Position numbers and translations under genes: made by a program. A DNA stretch of 63,803 nt, filler included, from Sluysia triapertura (lineage: Eukaryota): NCBI GenBank assembly GCA_046118255.1. It is 5 parts of 5 records of this genome, joined end to end, with 100 filler letters (N's around TTAATTAATTAA, not from the genome) between each part and the next. Parts side by side here need not be neighbours in the genome. Positions count along the whole stretch, not along the records: positions 52,962 to 63,803 come from JBJNIA010192805.1; 4 more parts are not named here. One strand, 5' to 3'. Shown in pieces: positions 53,304-63,803 of this stretch (position 1 is the first letter of the stretch; every line of letters begins with the position of its first letter). Below the pieces are notes generated by a model. The model was given only the letters and a program-made list of their open reading frames with translations, did no database searches and was not told the origin of the DNA.

Positions 53304-53723
53304 TTATGATAGTACACTAATACCTGGTTGTTGGCAACTTGTTTTTGAATGAGATCTCTCATCATACGTATTACAAGATACTTCTCGGACATCATAACGA
53401 AATTTAAAAATACTCTTTATATTACCAATGATGCAATTAACTCCATAATCACTTATTTTATATATAAATGTTTTGTTGCAACTAAGAACAAGAAATAAAC
53501 TGAATCCATCTATGAATATCATTCGAAGAATAGGTTTCTTATAAAAATTTTTCAACGTAAAATAAAATTCTGAAACAATTTTGTTTTCATCTGCAATATT
53601 ATATGCTGATTGTAGTCCACATTTATTTCTGACAATTAACTCATAATCGCACAAAGTACTACATTCGGAGTTAGATGATTTCTCCATTAGTGTAACATAC
53701 AATTTTATCCGTTGGTTAATCAT
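53304..53723 (-). CDS. Orphan ORF C, 139 aa
   Basis: ATG-started, non-repetitive ORF downstream of module C. No family recognised. Confidence 0.45.
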   Translation of the reverse strand: MINQRIKLYVTLMEKSSNSECSTLCDYELIVRNKCGLQSAYNIADENKIVSEFYFTLKNFYKKPILRMIFIDGFSLFLVLSCNKTFIYKISDYGVNCIIGNIKSIFKFRYDVREVSCNTYDERSHSKTSCQQPGISVLS

Positions 53724-53946
53724 TTTAATTTTTAACTTCCGATCAGTAAAGAAGGCGTTAAAATAACTAATTAAGTTAATTCTAAAAATTTTTACAATTT
53801 TTCTACTACTAAAAAATGTACTATTTGAGTATTTTAAAACATCAATAATTTTTTAACATTGATTTGAACTAAAATTTTCTACCAACTGTTGTCGTTGCTT
53901 ATCTAGTGATTCTTCTGGTCAGTTGTGTTGTCAGATGTGTATCGTG

Positions 53947-54116
53947 ATTGGTTGTTCAACTAGAAAAGGAGACAAAAGTAACAATGTTAATTCTAGTTGG
54001 ACAACCAATGGAAGCACTGTATAGCACCCATAAGAGATACACCCAAGTTATCAACAAAAATTCAGTAAATTGAACATACAATAATCAAATTAACAAAACT
54101 GTCAATTGATGGCAGG
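53947..54116 (-). promoter_or_regulatory. Module C: CTGCCATCAATTGACAGTT plus a 19-bp inverted repeat carrying CCAAT boxes
   Basis: attggttgttcaactagaa (53947) / ttctagttggacaaccaat (54009), one mismatch; aactgtcaattgatggcagg at 54097-54116. Confidence 0.5.
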
Positions 54117-54199
54117 TTGAAATGGTAAGTAAACAACTTTACTATTAATAAAATGATTGTTATAATGACAATATTAGTACTTATTAAAGATGGCAAAAA

Positions 54200-54951
54200 T
54201 AAAATAATAAAAACATGCATTTTTTATGAATCACTAATGCATAATCTTTCTTTTCTTTGATTTTACTTTTCCAGACATAAATAAATTTCTTTAAGCTTGA
54301 TCTTTTAAATTACAGTATTTTGAATATATTATGAAAAATAGTTTAAAATGCTATGTTAAGTTTTTATGGTAAAATTGATAGATGAATGTTGAAATATTGT
54401 TTATAATATTTATAAAGCTTATAATGTTTAGATTTGAGTATGAGATGTATAATGTGCGGTTATAAGATTGTGAATAAAATGTTTAAGCCAATGTTTATTG
54501 TGTTTTAAAGATTTCGAATAACTTTAAATTGTAGGTTACTGATTTTGAATGAGACTGGTGTAGTGGATATGAAAGGAATAAATATAGCAACCGTTTTGAT
54601 ACATCCTAAAAGGTTGTACAATGTTAAGAAATGTAACTTTGATATTGTAAAGTTATGAAATAGGATTGTTTTGTTTAGAATGTTTTAATGGATGTAAAGG
54701 AGATAAAATATAAAAATCTTAAAATGTTATAGAATATGGTTTTTTATGCAATATGTTGATTTAATTTAAAAATGTTTTACTTTGATTTTTAAGTGTATGA
54801 TTGATGATTTTCGATGACGAGGAAAATTTTGTTGTGATGAAATTTTATGTTTAAAGTGTTTGATGATAATAACAATTGTGAATGTTCTCAAGGATGATTT
54901 GATTGTGTCTTAATGGAATAAAATTCTTAAAGTGATAGGTTGACCACCACA
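54200..54951 (-). mobile_element. TGTNGTGGNCAACC-family sequence, probably two nested pieces
   Basis: The minus strand starts TGTGGTGGTCAACC at 54951, with an internal TGTAGTGG at 54559. Confidence 0.65.
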
Positions 54952-54959
54952 ACCTCTAG

Positions 54960-55460
54960 ATGACGGATTACTCCACCTGTACTGCCAACATTTGCTTTGA
55001 AATCATTGCTTCTACACGTTTGATTACAGATCGGTAATGCATCGTTGAAATGGAAGCTTTGTTCCATAGACTGATAACAGCATCTGACACGGTTCTGTAT
55101 TTGTCTTTGAAGTATTCTTTCTTTTTCTCATATGCAAGAAATGCTGGGCAACTTGAAGATTTGTTGGCAATACATTGTGAGGAAGTTCACTGGCATCGCT
55201 TCTTGTAGCCATTAAGTTGCAAAACATTCAATATATTGTTCTAAATAAATAACCTACAATCGAAATAAACAACAGGCACACAAATTAGAAGCAAAATATG
55301 CATACGAAATCTTAAAATTAATAAAGTAATAATAGAATGCATCAAGCTGAAAATGCTGGTTAATGCTATTTTTCATATTCAAAAATGGGTGCTATATTGG
55401 TTCATTACAACTGCCCGCCTAAGGCACTGAACGTAAATAATTCCATTTAAGTAAACCCTA
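54960..55460 (-). mobile_element. 5' end of a hAT-superfamily (hATm-like) DNA transposon, truncated
   Basis: LPHNVLPTNLQVAQHFL, then after a frameshift DAVISLWNKASISTMHYRSVIKRV, resembling the LP..QV / W.KA.IP N-terminus I recall for these transposases. A terminus-like TAGGGT starts at 55460 (-). Confidence 0.5.
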
Positions 55461-55549
55461 TGAATCTGCGAGCAGATTTGAGTTGTTCCCTTGTATCATA
55501 TTCTGAGACCATGGGAAAGGTGTTAAAAGATACACCTACCTGGTGAACA

Positions 55550-55750
55550 GAAATGTTTTTTTTCGTTGATTGTCTATGAAAATTGTTGCTGGTTTGCGCT
55601 TGCACTGATTAATCCATAATGCATTGGAACTTGAGTGTCGTGCATATCTGTTTTCAAAAATCTTTTTCATTATTTCTTTTATGTAGTGTTTCAGTGCTTT
55701 TCAGTTGTACAGGAATTGCTTGTGGAAACTTGGACTGATTAAATTCTTTA
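55550..55750 (-). mobile_element. Integrase-like fragment
   Basis: SKFPQAIPVQLKSTET...TSNNFHRQST, similar to SKFP.A.P and S.YHPQSN. Confidence 0.3.
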
Positions 55751-55969
55751 TTCATATCGTACCTGTATTGTGAAAATGTGTTTATGTAGGTTGTTAAGTT
55801 GATTGCATTAATACGTTTTATAAAATAAAATAGTGCTAGCTTATAGAATATTAGAATAGAATATTAGCTTATAATTATTTTCTTTATATTATTATATTGT
55901 TATTATTATCTCATTCACATTATTATATTAGGATTATTGAATAACTCAAACCCTCTTAACTTTACCACA

Positions 55970-56949
55970 CGTTTCTCAGACAAAGTAAACTGATACAATA
56001 TTAATTTAAAAAAATCTAACATCAGTTCGATATCCGTCATTTACTTTTCGATGTCCACTTGAACCCCATTTACCGAGCACATTTACAAAAACATCGCTAC
56101 TTGTACCTGCATAATCACAAGGAGATGTAAAAACACTAATAATGAAAGTATATTCATGTTCAGGATCGTTATCAAGCAACGGTTCGTATCTTAGCTAGAT
56201 AAAAGTAAAATTTATTAATTTAATTCATTAGTGTGTTAAAATTTGAATGTTTGAAAATATTGATTAATATAAAATCACATTTTTACAATTGGATTTAAAA
56301 TGTATTATAAAATTTGAACATTTTGATGAATTTTTTAAAAAAAATTGTTTTTGTACAAATTTCTAAATAATTTCAATTAAATCAAAATTACATTTTTATG
56401 AATTATTAAAAGATTCGTTATGTTGGTATTTGTTTTAATGCACTTCTTGTATTTATTTTCATAAATTTAAATTTAAAAAGTTAGGGACAAAATTCAAAAA
56501 ACATTTACTAAATATCTTAAAATAAAAATGCAAATTTATGCATTCTATGGGATTGAGAAGAAAAAATTTTATCATTGGTATACAACGGATTTTATTTTCT
56601 GATTGCTTTTTTGGTAAATAAAATGTTAAATATTGAGAAGCAAGCGTAAAAGCGAACATCTATATTCATAAAAATGATTAATATTAATTGTTAAACAATT
56701 GTACAAAAAACTAACTAATTGTTCTTCGTTTCTGTCCTTACGCCACACCAAAACTCCAGCCATAATATAAAGAATTATCAGTATAATAACAACCGTCATA
56801 ACCATAAAACTATCTTTCAATTTGCCTGAGAAATTTGCAAAAATGTCTTGAAAATCAATGGTATTTGGAGCAATGAATATTTTGGCCGAAAAAGTACCAA
56901 GAAAATTGCTTTTAAAATTCACATTGCTAATATCGGAAGTGTCATCTAA
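55970..56949 (-). CDS. Polycystin-1-like (PKD1L/REJ family) fragment: degenerate GPS, TM1 and start of PLAT; exons 56949-56716, 56194-56021 and 55989 to about 55970
   Basis: FLGTFSAKIFIAPNTIDFQDIF...IILYIMAGVLVWRKD, then LLDNDPEHEYTFIISVFTSPCDYAGTSSDVFVNVLGKWGSSGHRKVND. The GT-AG phase-0 introns are 521 and 31 nt. Confidence 0.85.
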
Positions 56950-57647
56950 CTGAAATAAGCAATGGAACATAAAATATATACATTAATAATGGAATTTTAT
57001 AGTGTTTGCTAAAAAATTAAAATATAATAAAAAATAAAATATATTGTTAAAAGAAAGTAAAGATTGCTAAAAAAATCAAACACAAAAGACATAATTATAA
57101 AATACTTTGTTTATTTATTAGGAAAAATTGGACAAATGTTGCGGAATTGGTTTTTCAAGATCCGAACAAAAATAGGAATTAATTTTGTTGAGAAACATTG
57201 CTACTGCGTTTTCTTATTCTTAAGAAAGTAAATTAAGAAACTTAATTTGTTCGGCTACAGTACACAGTTTAAAACGTGACATGTTTATACATAATTATTA
57301 CATATGCAATAATTATGTAAATAAAGATCTGTTTTTACTACTTAAAAAATAAATTTATACTTTTAACACAATAAGTTTATGCCAATAAATTCAAATGACA
57401 CATTGTTCTTTAAATCGGCACAATGTTTCATTCTTTATTTTCCCAAAATTGAAATACTTCAATAATCGATGAAGAAAATTCATATTCATTGTACACAAAT
57501 AGTAATATCGATGTCGTTGGAAGGTGAAGATACTCTATTGGACTTAAGTAAATAATTCAAAACCAAAATTTACGAAGACTAATTTTTAATATTAAAAATT
57601 ATAAAGTAAACCAAAATTAATAAAGAAATATATTAAATACAATGCAC

Positions 57648-58403
57648 TTAATTATTGTGCAATGGGTTTGTCATTGCATTTCCAACGTTCCATAAATCTG
57701 GTGTTAAAAATTCAAACGTCTTTTGCAAGGCTGCTACAGTTGCTTTGGCAAAATTTTCTTTAGTTGACGTTTGACCTTTGGCAATTGTGTACACATCTTC
57801 GATACCTGCTAACATAAGGATTTTTTTACTAACTCCTGAACCAACAATACCAGTTCCTTTTGGTGCAGGTATTAATCTAACTGTTACAGATCCTGATTTA
57901 CCAGTTACTTTGCATGGAACTGTATGAGGCTTTCCAATTTTATTACCCCAATAACCTAAACGCACTGGAATCATATTTTTTTTTGCTATCACAACAGCAG
58001 CTTGAATTCCTAGTCGAGTATCTTGGTGTGTCTTAATACCAAGACCAATGTGACCATTATTATCACCAACACATACTACTGCTTTATTTCTTGTTCTCTG
58101 TCCAGCAGTTGTTTGCTTTTGAACACGCTTAGTACAAACAACATGTTCTTTCAAATTCGGCACCAATTTGTCCACAATATGGGATTCTTTAACTGGTAAA
58201 GAAAAGACAAAAATTTCTTCAATTGTTTTTATTTTAGCTTCGTTTACGAGTTTACCAACTGTGGTTGTTGGTGTCCAGACTTTTTCTTCATTTGTCTTCT
58301 TACCAAATCCGCGTCGTTGTCCTCGACCACGACGACCTCGAGTACCTCTTGTAGCATTATTATTTTCTCTTCTAGCATTATTATTTTCGTTTTGCGTTTC
58401 CAT
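57648..58403 (-). CDS. RPS2: 40S ribosomal protein S2 (uS5), intronless, 251 aa
   Basis: RG-rich N-terminus, then [62 protein letters not shown] and LTPDLW. Confidence 0.97.
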   Translation of the reverse strand: METQNENNNARRENNNATRGTRGRRGRGQRRGFGKKTNEEKVWTPTTTVGKLVNEAKIKTIEEIFVFSLPVKESHIVDKLVPNLKEHVVCTKRVQKQTTAGQRTRNKAVVCVGDNNGHIGLGIKTHQDTRLGIQAAVVIAKKNMIPVRLGYWGNKIGKPHTVPCKVTGKSGSVTVRLIPAPKGTGIVGSGVSKKILMLAGIEDVYTIAKGQTSTKENFAKATVAALQKTFEFLTPDLWNVGNAMTNPLHNN

Positions 58404-60379
58404 TTTTTAAATTAGATGTTTTTTTATTTTTATTTTATTTAAACAAAATTAAAAATTACGTAAAATAAACTTTCGTAAAATTTATTTTACAAAAAATGTA
58501 AATAAAGTTGAGAAAAATGTTTTACATTTTAAATTTAATTGTTCTTTTAGAAATTTATAATATAAATAGGCAAAATATAAAATTTAAAATTATTTAATGT
58601 TGCATATTTAATATTAATATATGAATGTATTACGAAAAATAGAAAAATTAACTTTTGGAAATTTTATTCAATTAGTTTAACATTTTTTTATTGTTTTTTT
58701 ATTTGAATAATAAATAATTTGTCAAGTAATTCAATGATTATGGCGATAAAACATATGTCAGCTTAACAATGAATTTAAATTATATTGTTTTGGGAATACA
58801 TAAATGAACTGGAAAGAGCCTAAAGATGTCAAATACTTGATGTTTAAATTTAAGTGATTTTAAAATATTATTAAGAGAAAAAGTATCCTTAAATTGTATT
58901 AATAACATTATTTGTATATCATTTTATAATTTTTTCATCTTATAGACCTGCTATTTCCATATAATTTTGATAAACACAGAAATCAAAACAATGGAAGAAT
59001 TATTGAATAAATCAGGTGAAATTATTATAAAATATAAGAGCTCCTAAAAATAGAAAAGATGAATAAAATGGAAAATAATTTAATAAAAATAAGCGAACGT
59101 TAAAAATTATTGCATAATTTAATTAAAGTAATTTAAGATTTTCATGAATTATGTTTCGCAAGAAATTTTTATAATTTTGAGATTTATATAGCAGGACATT
59201 TTAATTAAAAAGCAAATAAAGAATGAAACAATTAAAAAATTGAGAACTATTAATATATTCAATTTAATAAACCGTATAAAATTTAAAACTCAAAATTGCG
59301 AAAATATATTCGATTTATAACGAATAATGATGATAATATTGTTACTGATATAAAGTTGTCTTCTTACTTAGATAAAAGGTGGTATTGATGAGAATCTTCA
59401 ATGAATAAAAGAAATTGAGGAACAAAACCTATGAAACAAAAAAGAATCTATAAAATCAGGTAAAATCTAACTCTAAGCCAAAGAAATGAAAAAGGAAACC
59501 TTTATGAGTTCGTTAAAATCACTAAAACATATTTTAAGAGCATTATCAAGTAAACTGTTCGCTGAAAAAAATGAAATTAGATAACGATACAATTACTTCA
59601 AATTACACTTATAAAAGATTCGAAATAATATTAATAAATCAAATATTACTATAGAAATCAAAAAGAAGATTATAAATGTTTTAAGACAATTAATGAAGAT
59701 GATTTAATAAAGATTGTAAGAAATATTAAATACAAGTTCTGTTAATCTATCAAGAACCAAAAAATTCAAAAATAATTTAATTATTGTCCGAATAAACAAA
59801 TGAATATTTCTACAAGAGCATAAATTGGATTAAAAGTCATAATATTTACGCTCTTTGGTTGAATGTAATGATAATTAATTTTTATAAATCAATGTCTACG
59901 TACAATAACCATATATACTTCATTTGTATATAAAATAATATATTTCAGTTAAATTTTATTAAATTTAACATTTTCTCGAATTCTGTTTATTATAATTATA
60001 ATTATTATTATTATTATTATTATCGAATTTAAATTTATTTATTATATGAATCTTGATTACGGCATACTTTGAATTTAGTGAAATATTATTGGCCCGATAA
60101 TGACTTTGGGTAGGACATAGCTGGTCATAATGATTTTAATCATATAGCTTTGTGGTCGAAGAACAGGAATAAATGAGCCCCAATTGGGCCAAACGTGAAA
60201 TTTTTGAAGTTAATGACAAAATTACTAAAATTATATTTGAGTAGTTGAAGTAAAAGTTCCCCGATCATTGATGTAACTAATTCACATAAATGTCAAAAGT
60301 ACAAGGAAACTTTTATAAAGTAAAAAATTGACTTTAAATCAAAAAACTAAGACTCTGTTAAAAGTGTGCAAAAGACCAA

Positions 60380-61305
60380 AAAGTGCTTGTATTAAATTTG
60401 GTATTCAAAATGTTCAAAATAAAATTATGCATTGACATTTTTTGTTTAATAGAAATTTGGATTAAAAATGATAAAATATCTAAATTGATATTTATTTTTC
60501 TTAAATACCGAGAAGAATTAAAATGTGGTGGTATTAGTGTTATAATAAATAATTGGTTCCTTTACATGTCTTTCGTATGAACATTTATAATTAAACATTA
60601 CAATCATTATTATAAATTGTTATATAGAGACCACCGAGTAATTCAATTAAAGAAATTTTAGATGAATTTTATGATTATTTGGATATTATTTTGGAAAAAG
60701 CCAAAACAAGCTTTAATGCAAAAATGAATGAAAAATGTAGAACAAGTAAATTACTAAATATATCTAATTTAATGAACTATGAAAATTTAAAACTCATAAT
60801 TGTGGACATAAAAATAAGAGAATACTAAAATAAACGAAACAAAGTTAATTGTAGGGTGTAAGATGCTTGAAAAGAAATTGATTCAAAAATGAACATGGAA
60901 GAAAAATTGTAAATATCAATTAAATTATCGAATATTCGAAAAACGGCTCATTTCTTGGTAACGAATAACATAGATTTTAACAATGATTATTGTTCTCAAT
61001 TCCATCCAGAAAATGCAAAAATTACAATTAATAATGAATCAACCTCATATAACACCTTTTCTCAAAGAGTTACACTGGTAAGAGTAGAATTTCAAATCAT
61101 AACAATAATTTATAAAAGCTTACTTTATGGAAGTCCTAAATATCACTTGGAAATAATAAAAATAATTTTAAAGAATTCATAGTGATGGCAGTTTATATAT
61201 AGCGATTCTTTCAAAAATATAAAACTAAGAATGTTAAATTACTGAAAGATTATGAAATATTTAAGAAACATGCAAAGTTTTTTCTGTTTCAGAAATATTA
61301 TAGTG

Positions 61306-61373
<68 letters not shown>
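60380..61373 (+). mobile_element. Internally deleted LINE (CR1/L2-like): APE endonuclease remnant, 3' end and (ATT)n tail
   Basis: IDIFCLIEIW, REELKCGGISVII and RPPSNSIKEILDEFYDY. The 3' end is homologous to 8378-8450 (-). The tail is at 61309-61373. Confidence 0.75.
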
Positions 61374-61374
<1 letters not shown>

Positions 61375-61419
61375 TGAAAAGTATTAATCGTTCATTATAT
61401 CATCAAAAATCATTGTCAA

Positions 61420-63340
61420 ATATCTGTGTTTTACCTTATCCGTTACTTTTAAATAATTATAAACTTGCATCAAATCAAACATTCTAATCAAAAAGAGTTT
61501 CACAATGGTTTTAAACGAAAATTTACTGCTAAAGATGTTTCAGTCTGACCATATGAACCTATCAGTTAACAGAAACACAAAACGTTCTGTTAGATGTGTC
61601 TTTTGCTTTATTATTTCTAGAGTATGAGCCAATCATTTAATGTAAAAAATTCAAAGAATTCAAAGTCAAATGATGAGACATGTATTGTGGATGGAATCAA
61701 TTCTTGCTCCATTACTGTTTGTAATGTACATAAATCATATTTGAAATAGAATCACATGGATATAACAATCATAAATGCATAAATATTGAATTTGGAATTT
61801 AAAAAACAGAATAACTAATAATTGATTTAATAAAATGGTTTAAGAATAAATATTTTTAAATAAAAGAAGTCAGAATTCATCATTTTCATTAATAAAACCA
61901 ATTGTAATATTAAAATAAATCAATCAAAGTGAAGTACTAGACATTAACTGAGTCAGATCGTAATTTATTATTAAAATTCGAACTAGGATTTAAATACATC
62001 ATTCGACAAATCTGAATCAATTACACAATCTTCTAAATATCAAGGTATTCGAAGTATTCTTATTTTCTGCTAAGGAAATATGACCATAAAATATGTTTTT
62101 CGATAATTTCCTTTAAGTTATTACTTTCTAAACCGCTTTGAATTATGAAGTTTGATTCATACATTCATCCAATCATCGTCATTTATATTTATATCATCAT
62201 TTCTAATACCACAAACCGCGATCTATGAACGTCCAATGTGTACCAATTTGTATCTAATTGATTAATTAGCAATCTTAACGCTACTCAGTTATTCGTTTAA
62301 TATTTGAATCACCAATCTTATTTTTTAAGTTTGTTAATTTCATATTTTATTAATACCTAATAAATCTTTTTCATTTATTTAGTCTATTTCCTTTATTACT
62401 GATGCAAGAAATATATTCATTCATTATTTAAATCTTATATTCTTGACAATCTTTTTTTTAATTCAGAAAGTTATTTGATATTGACAGTTTCATCATCTAA
62501 TGTAATACTATTTACAAAATATGCTATTGATTTGTTGTCCGATTTAATAATTGCAGTACTAATTAATTAATTCTTTTACGATGGTCTCTAATTTCATGCC
62601 TTTAACTGTCTTAATTAGTGAATGATTACTCAAACTTTTATCTGCTTTAATATCGCTAATAAGTGATGCTATTGTTTTTGTTATATATCAATATCCTTTT
62701 CATTGTTTATATCATGATCAATAGTTCCAGTATGTTTTATTCATGAATTTGCATATATGATTAAAATAAATCATAATATTTCTTCAAAGATCTAATAGCA
62801 CATATTGTATATCTTTATTTTGTTAGATAATTCAAAGGGTTGGAATGGATCATGGTGATTAACCTAGTCCTCTTTCCACTAATTCAGTACATCCATAGCT
62901 ACTATATACTTAAAGTTCCCTTTATTAAACTTAGTAAGTACTCTCATTTTTGCACCTCCAATTTCATAAATTGTTTTTCTTTGTAATACTCGAGGTTTCT
63001 GACACTCGAAAATGGTATTTCGAATAAAGTTTTCTGTATGAATTATACTTTCAGTTAGAAATAATTCTGCTAACTTGTTTATCGTATCTATTTCTAGTAA
63101 ATTGACAAAATTTAATGGAAGCTTATTCGCTATTCCAACTTCCACCATACAATTATGTCATTGTTGCAAACACATTCTTTGCAATGATGCATAAATATTT
63201 CTCTTATACTATAGTTTGAGACATTTTTTCCTTTCGAAAATAGATTTTTCAATATTCCACTATGTAATAACTTTCGATTAGCTCTCAAAAACTTTATTTG
63301 TATAAAAAAATTAGTACGTTGAATAATTATGATCATTTAA
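61420..63340 (-). pseudogene. Decayed NRPS-like gene with two adenylation domains and a carrier-domain remnant
   Basis: Colinear motifs: IGGAK, VYSSYGCTE (62883-62906), TMK/GY, SIAYFV, KG/ID, IGDS (62305-62316), IYVHY/SNG..H, SSFDF..EFF, LIGSYGQTET (61536-61565), KPL*N. Several are read across frameshifts. Confidence 0.55.
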
Positions 63341-63803
63341 AACAAATTATTTAAAAATAATTCGAAATTGTATAATATAAAATAATAAAATAAAATAGTA
63401 TAAAATAATAGTAGTAATAATAATTCTGCTAATACTTGTTTTAATTGTCAATCAAATGATCTTGAATTAAAAAGATATAAATTTGGAACATTTTTACATA
63501 AGTTTCACAATTACAAATTGATCTTATACAAGTTATATTAATATGAGTTCTAGTTGTAGACACAAATTAAATTAAAACAAGCTATATTTTGATCGATTGG
63601 AATTAAACGTTCACTTTTTCGAAGAGATCTGTCATTGGAAACAAAATATCACTGTTTTTAAAATAATCCGTTAGTTAGATATCATGTAAGTTTGGCAAAT
63701 TTTATTTTGTTGAAAACTCTTACTTAAAATCTAAAGATATTTTTCATCCATTTAAAGTTGTTGATGGAAAATCCTTAACTTTGACTAAAAATTAATTCCT
63801 GAT

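Noticed and set aside
58168-58410. 80-aa plus-strand ORF
   Set aside because: Antisense shadow of RPS2.
60198-60208. Sm-site-like AATTTTTG suggesting an snRNA
   Set aside because: The upstream sequence does not match U1, U2, U4, U5 or U12, and the motif is common at this AT content.
62879-63336. Integrase zinc-finger reading (LHSG...CKEC, KYIVAMD)
   Set aside because: The colinear adenylation-domain motifs in overlapping frames explain the region better, and no DDE core follows.

Overview
This is very AT-rich, repeat-littered eukaryotic DNA, almost certainly from an animal: it has short GT-AG introns (31-43 nt) and fast-evolving proteins. The window is not contiguous. Four artificial 100-nt spacers (N44-TTAATTAATTAA-N44) join at least five separate contigs. 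Recognisable host genes are an intact, intronless, divergent 40S ribosomal protein S2 (57648-58403, -), the last two exons of a PAQR3-like gene (4142-5753, +), and a polycystin-1-like fragment covering GPS, TM1 and PLAT (55970-56949, -). Most of the rest is decayed mobile DNA: two Gypsy pol remnants, LINE fragments with (ATT)n tails, a hAT-like 5' end, and many solo-LTR-like TG...CA elements. Three observations stand out. (1) Three copies of a ~158-bp TG...CA element carry an internal tRNA-derived Pol III unit, which suggests a tRNA-bearing LTR rather than a SINE. (2) A recurring cassette consists of an LTR-like arm, a TGACAG palindrome or hairpin, paired inverted CCAAT boxes and an orphan ORF, in several cases closed by an inverted arm. 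(3) A heavily decayed NRPS-like gene shows colinear A-T-A motifs at 61420-63340 (-). All calls were made by eye without database searches, and boundaries of decayed elements are approximate.
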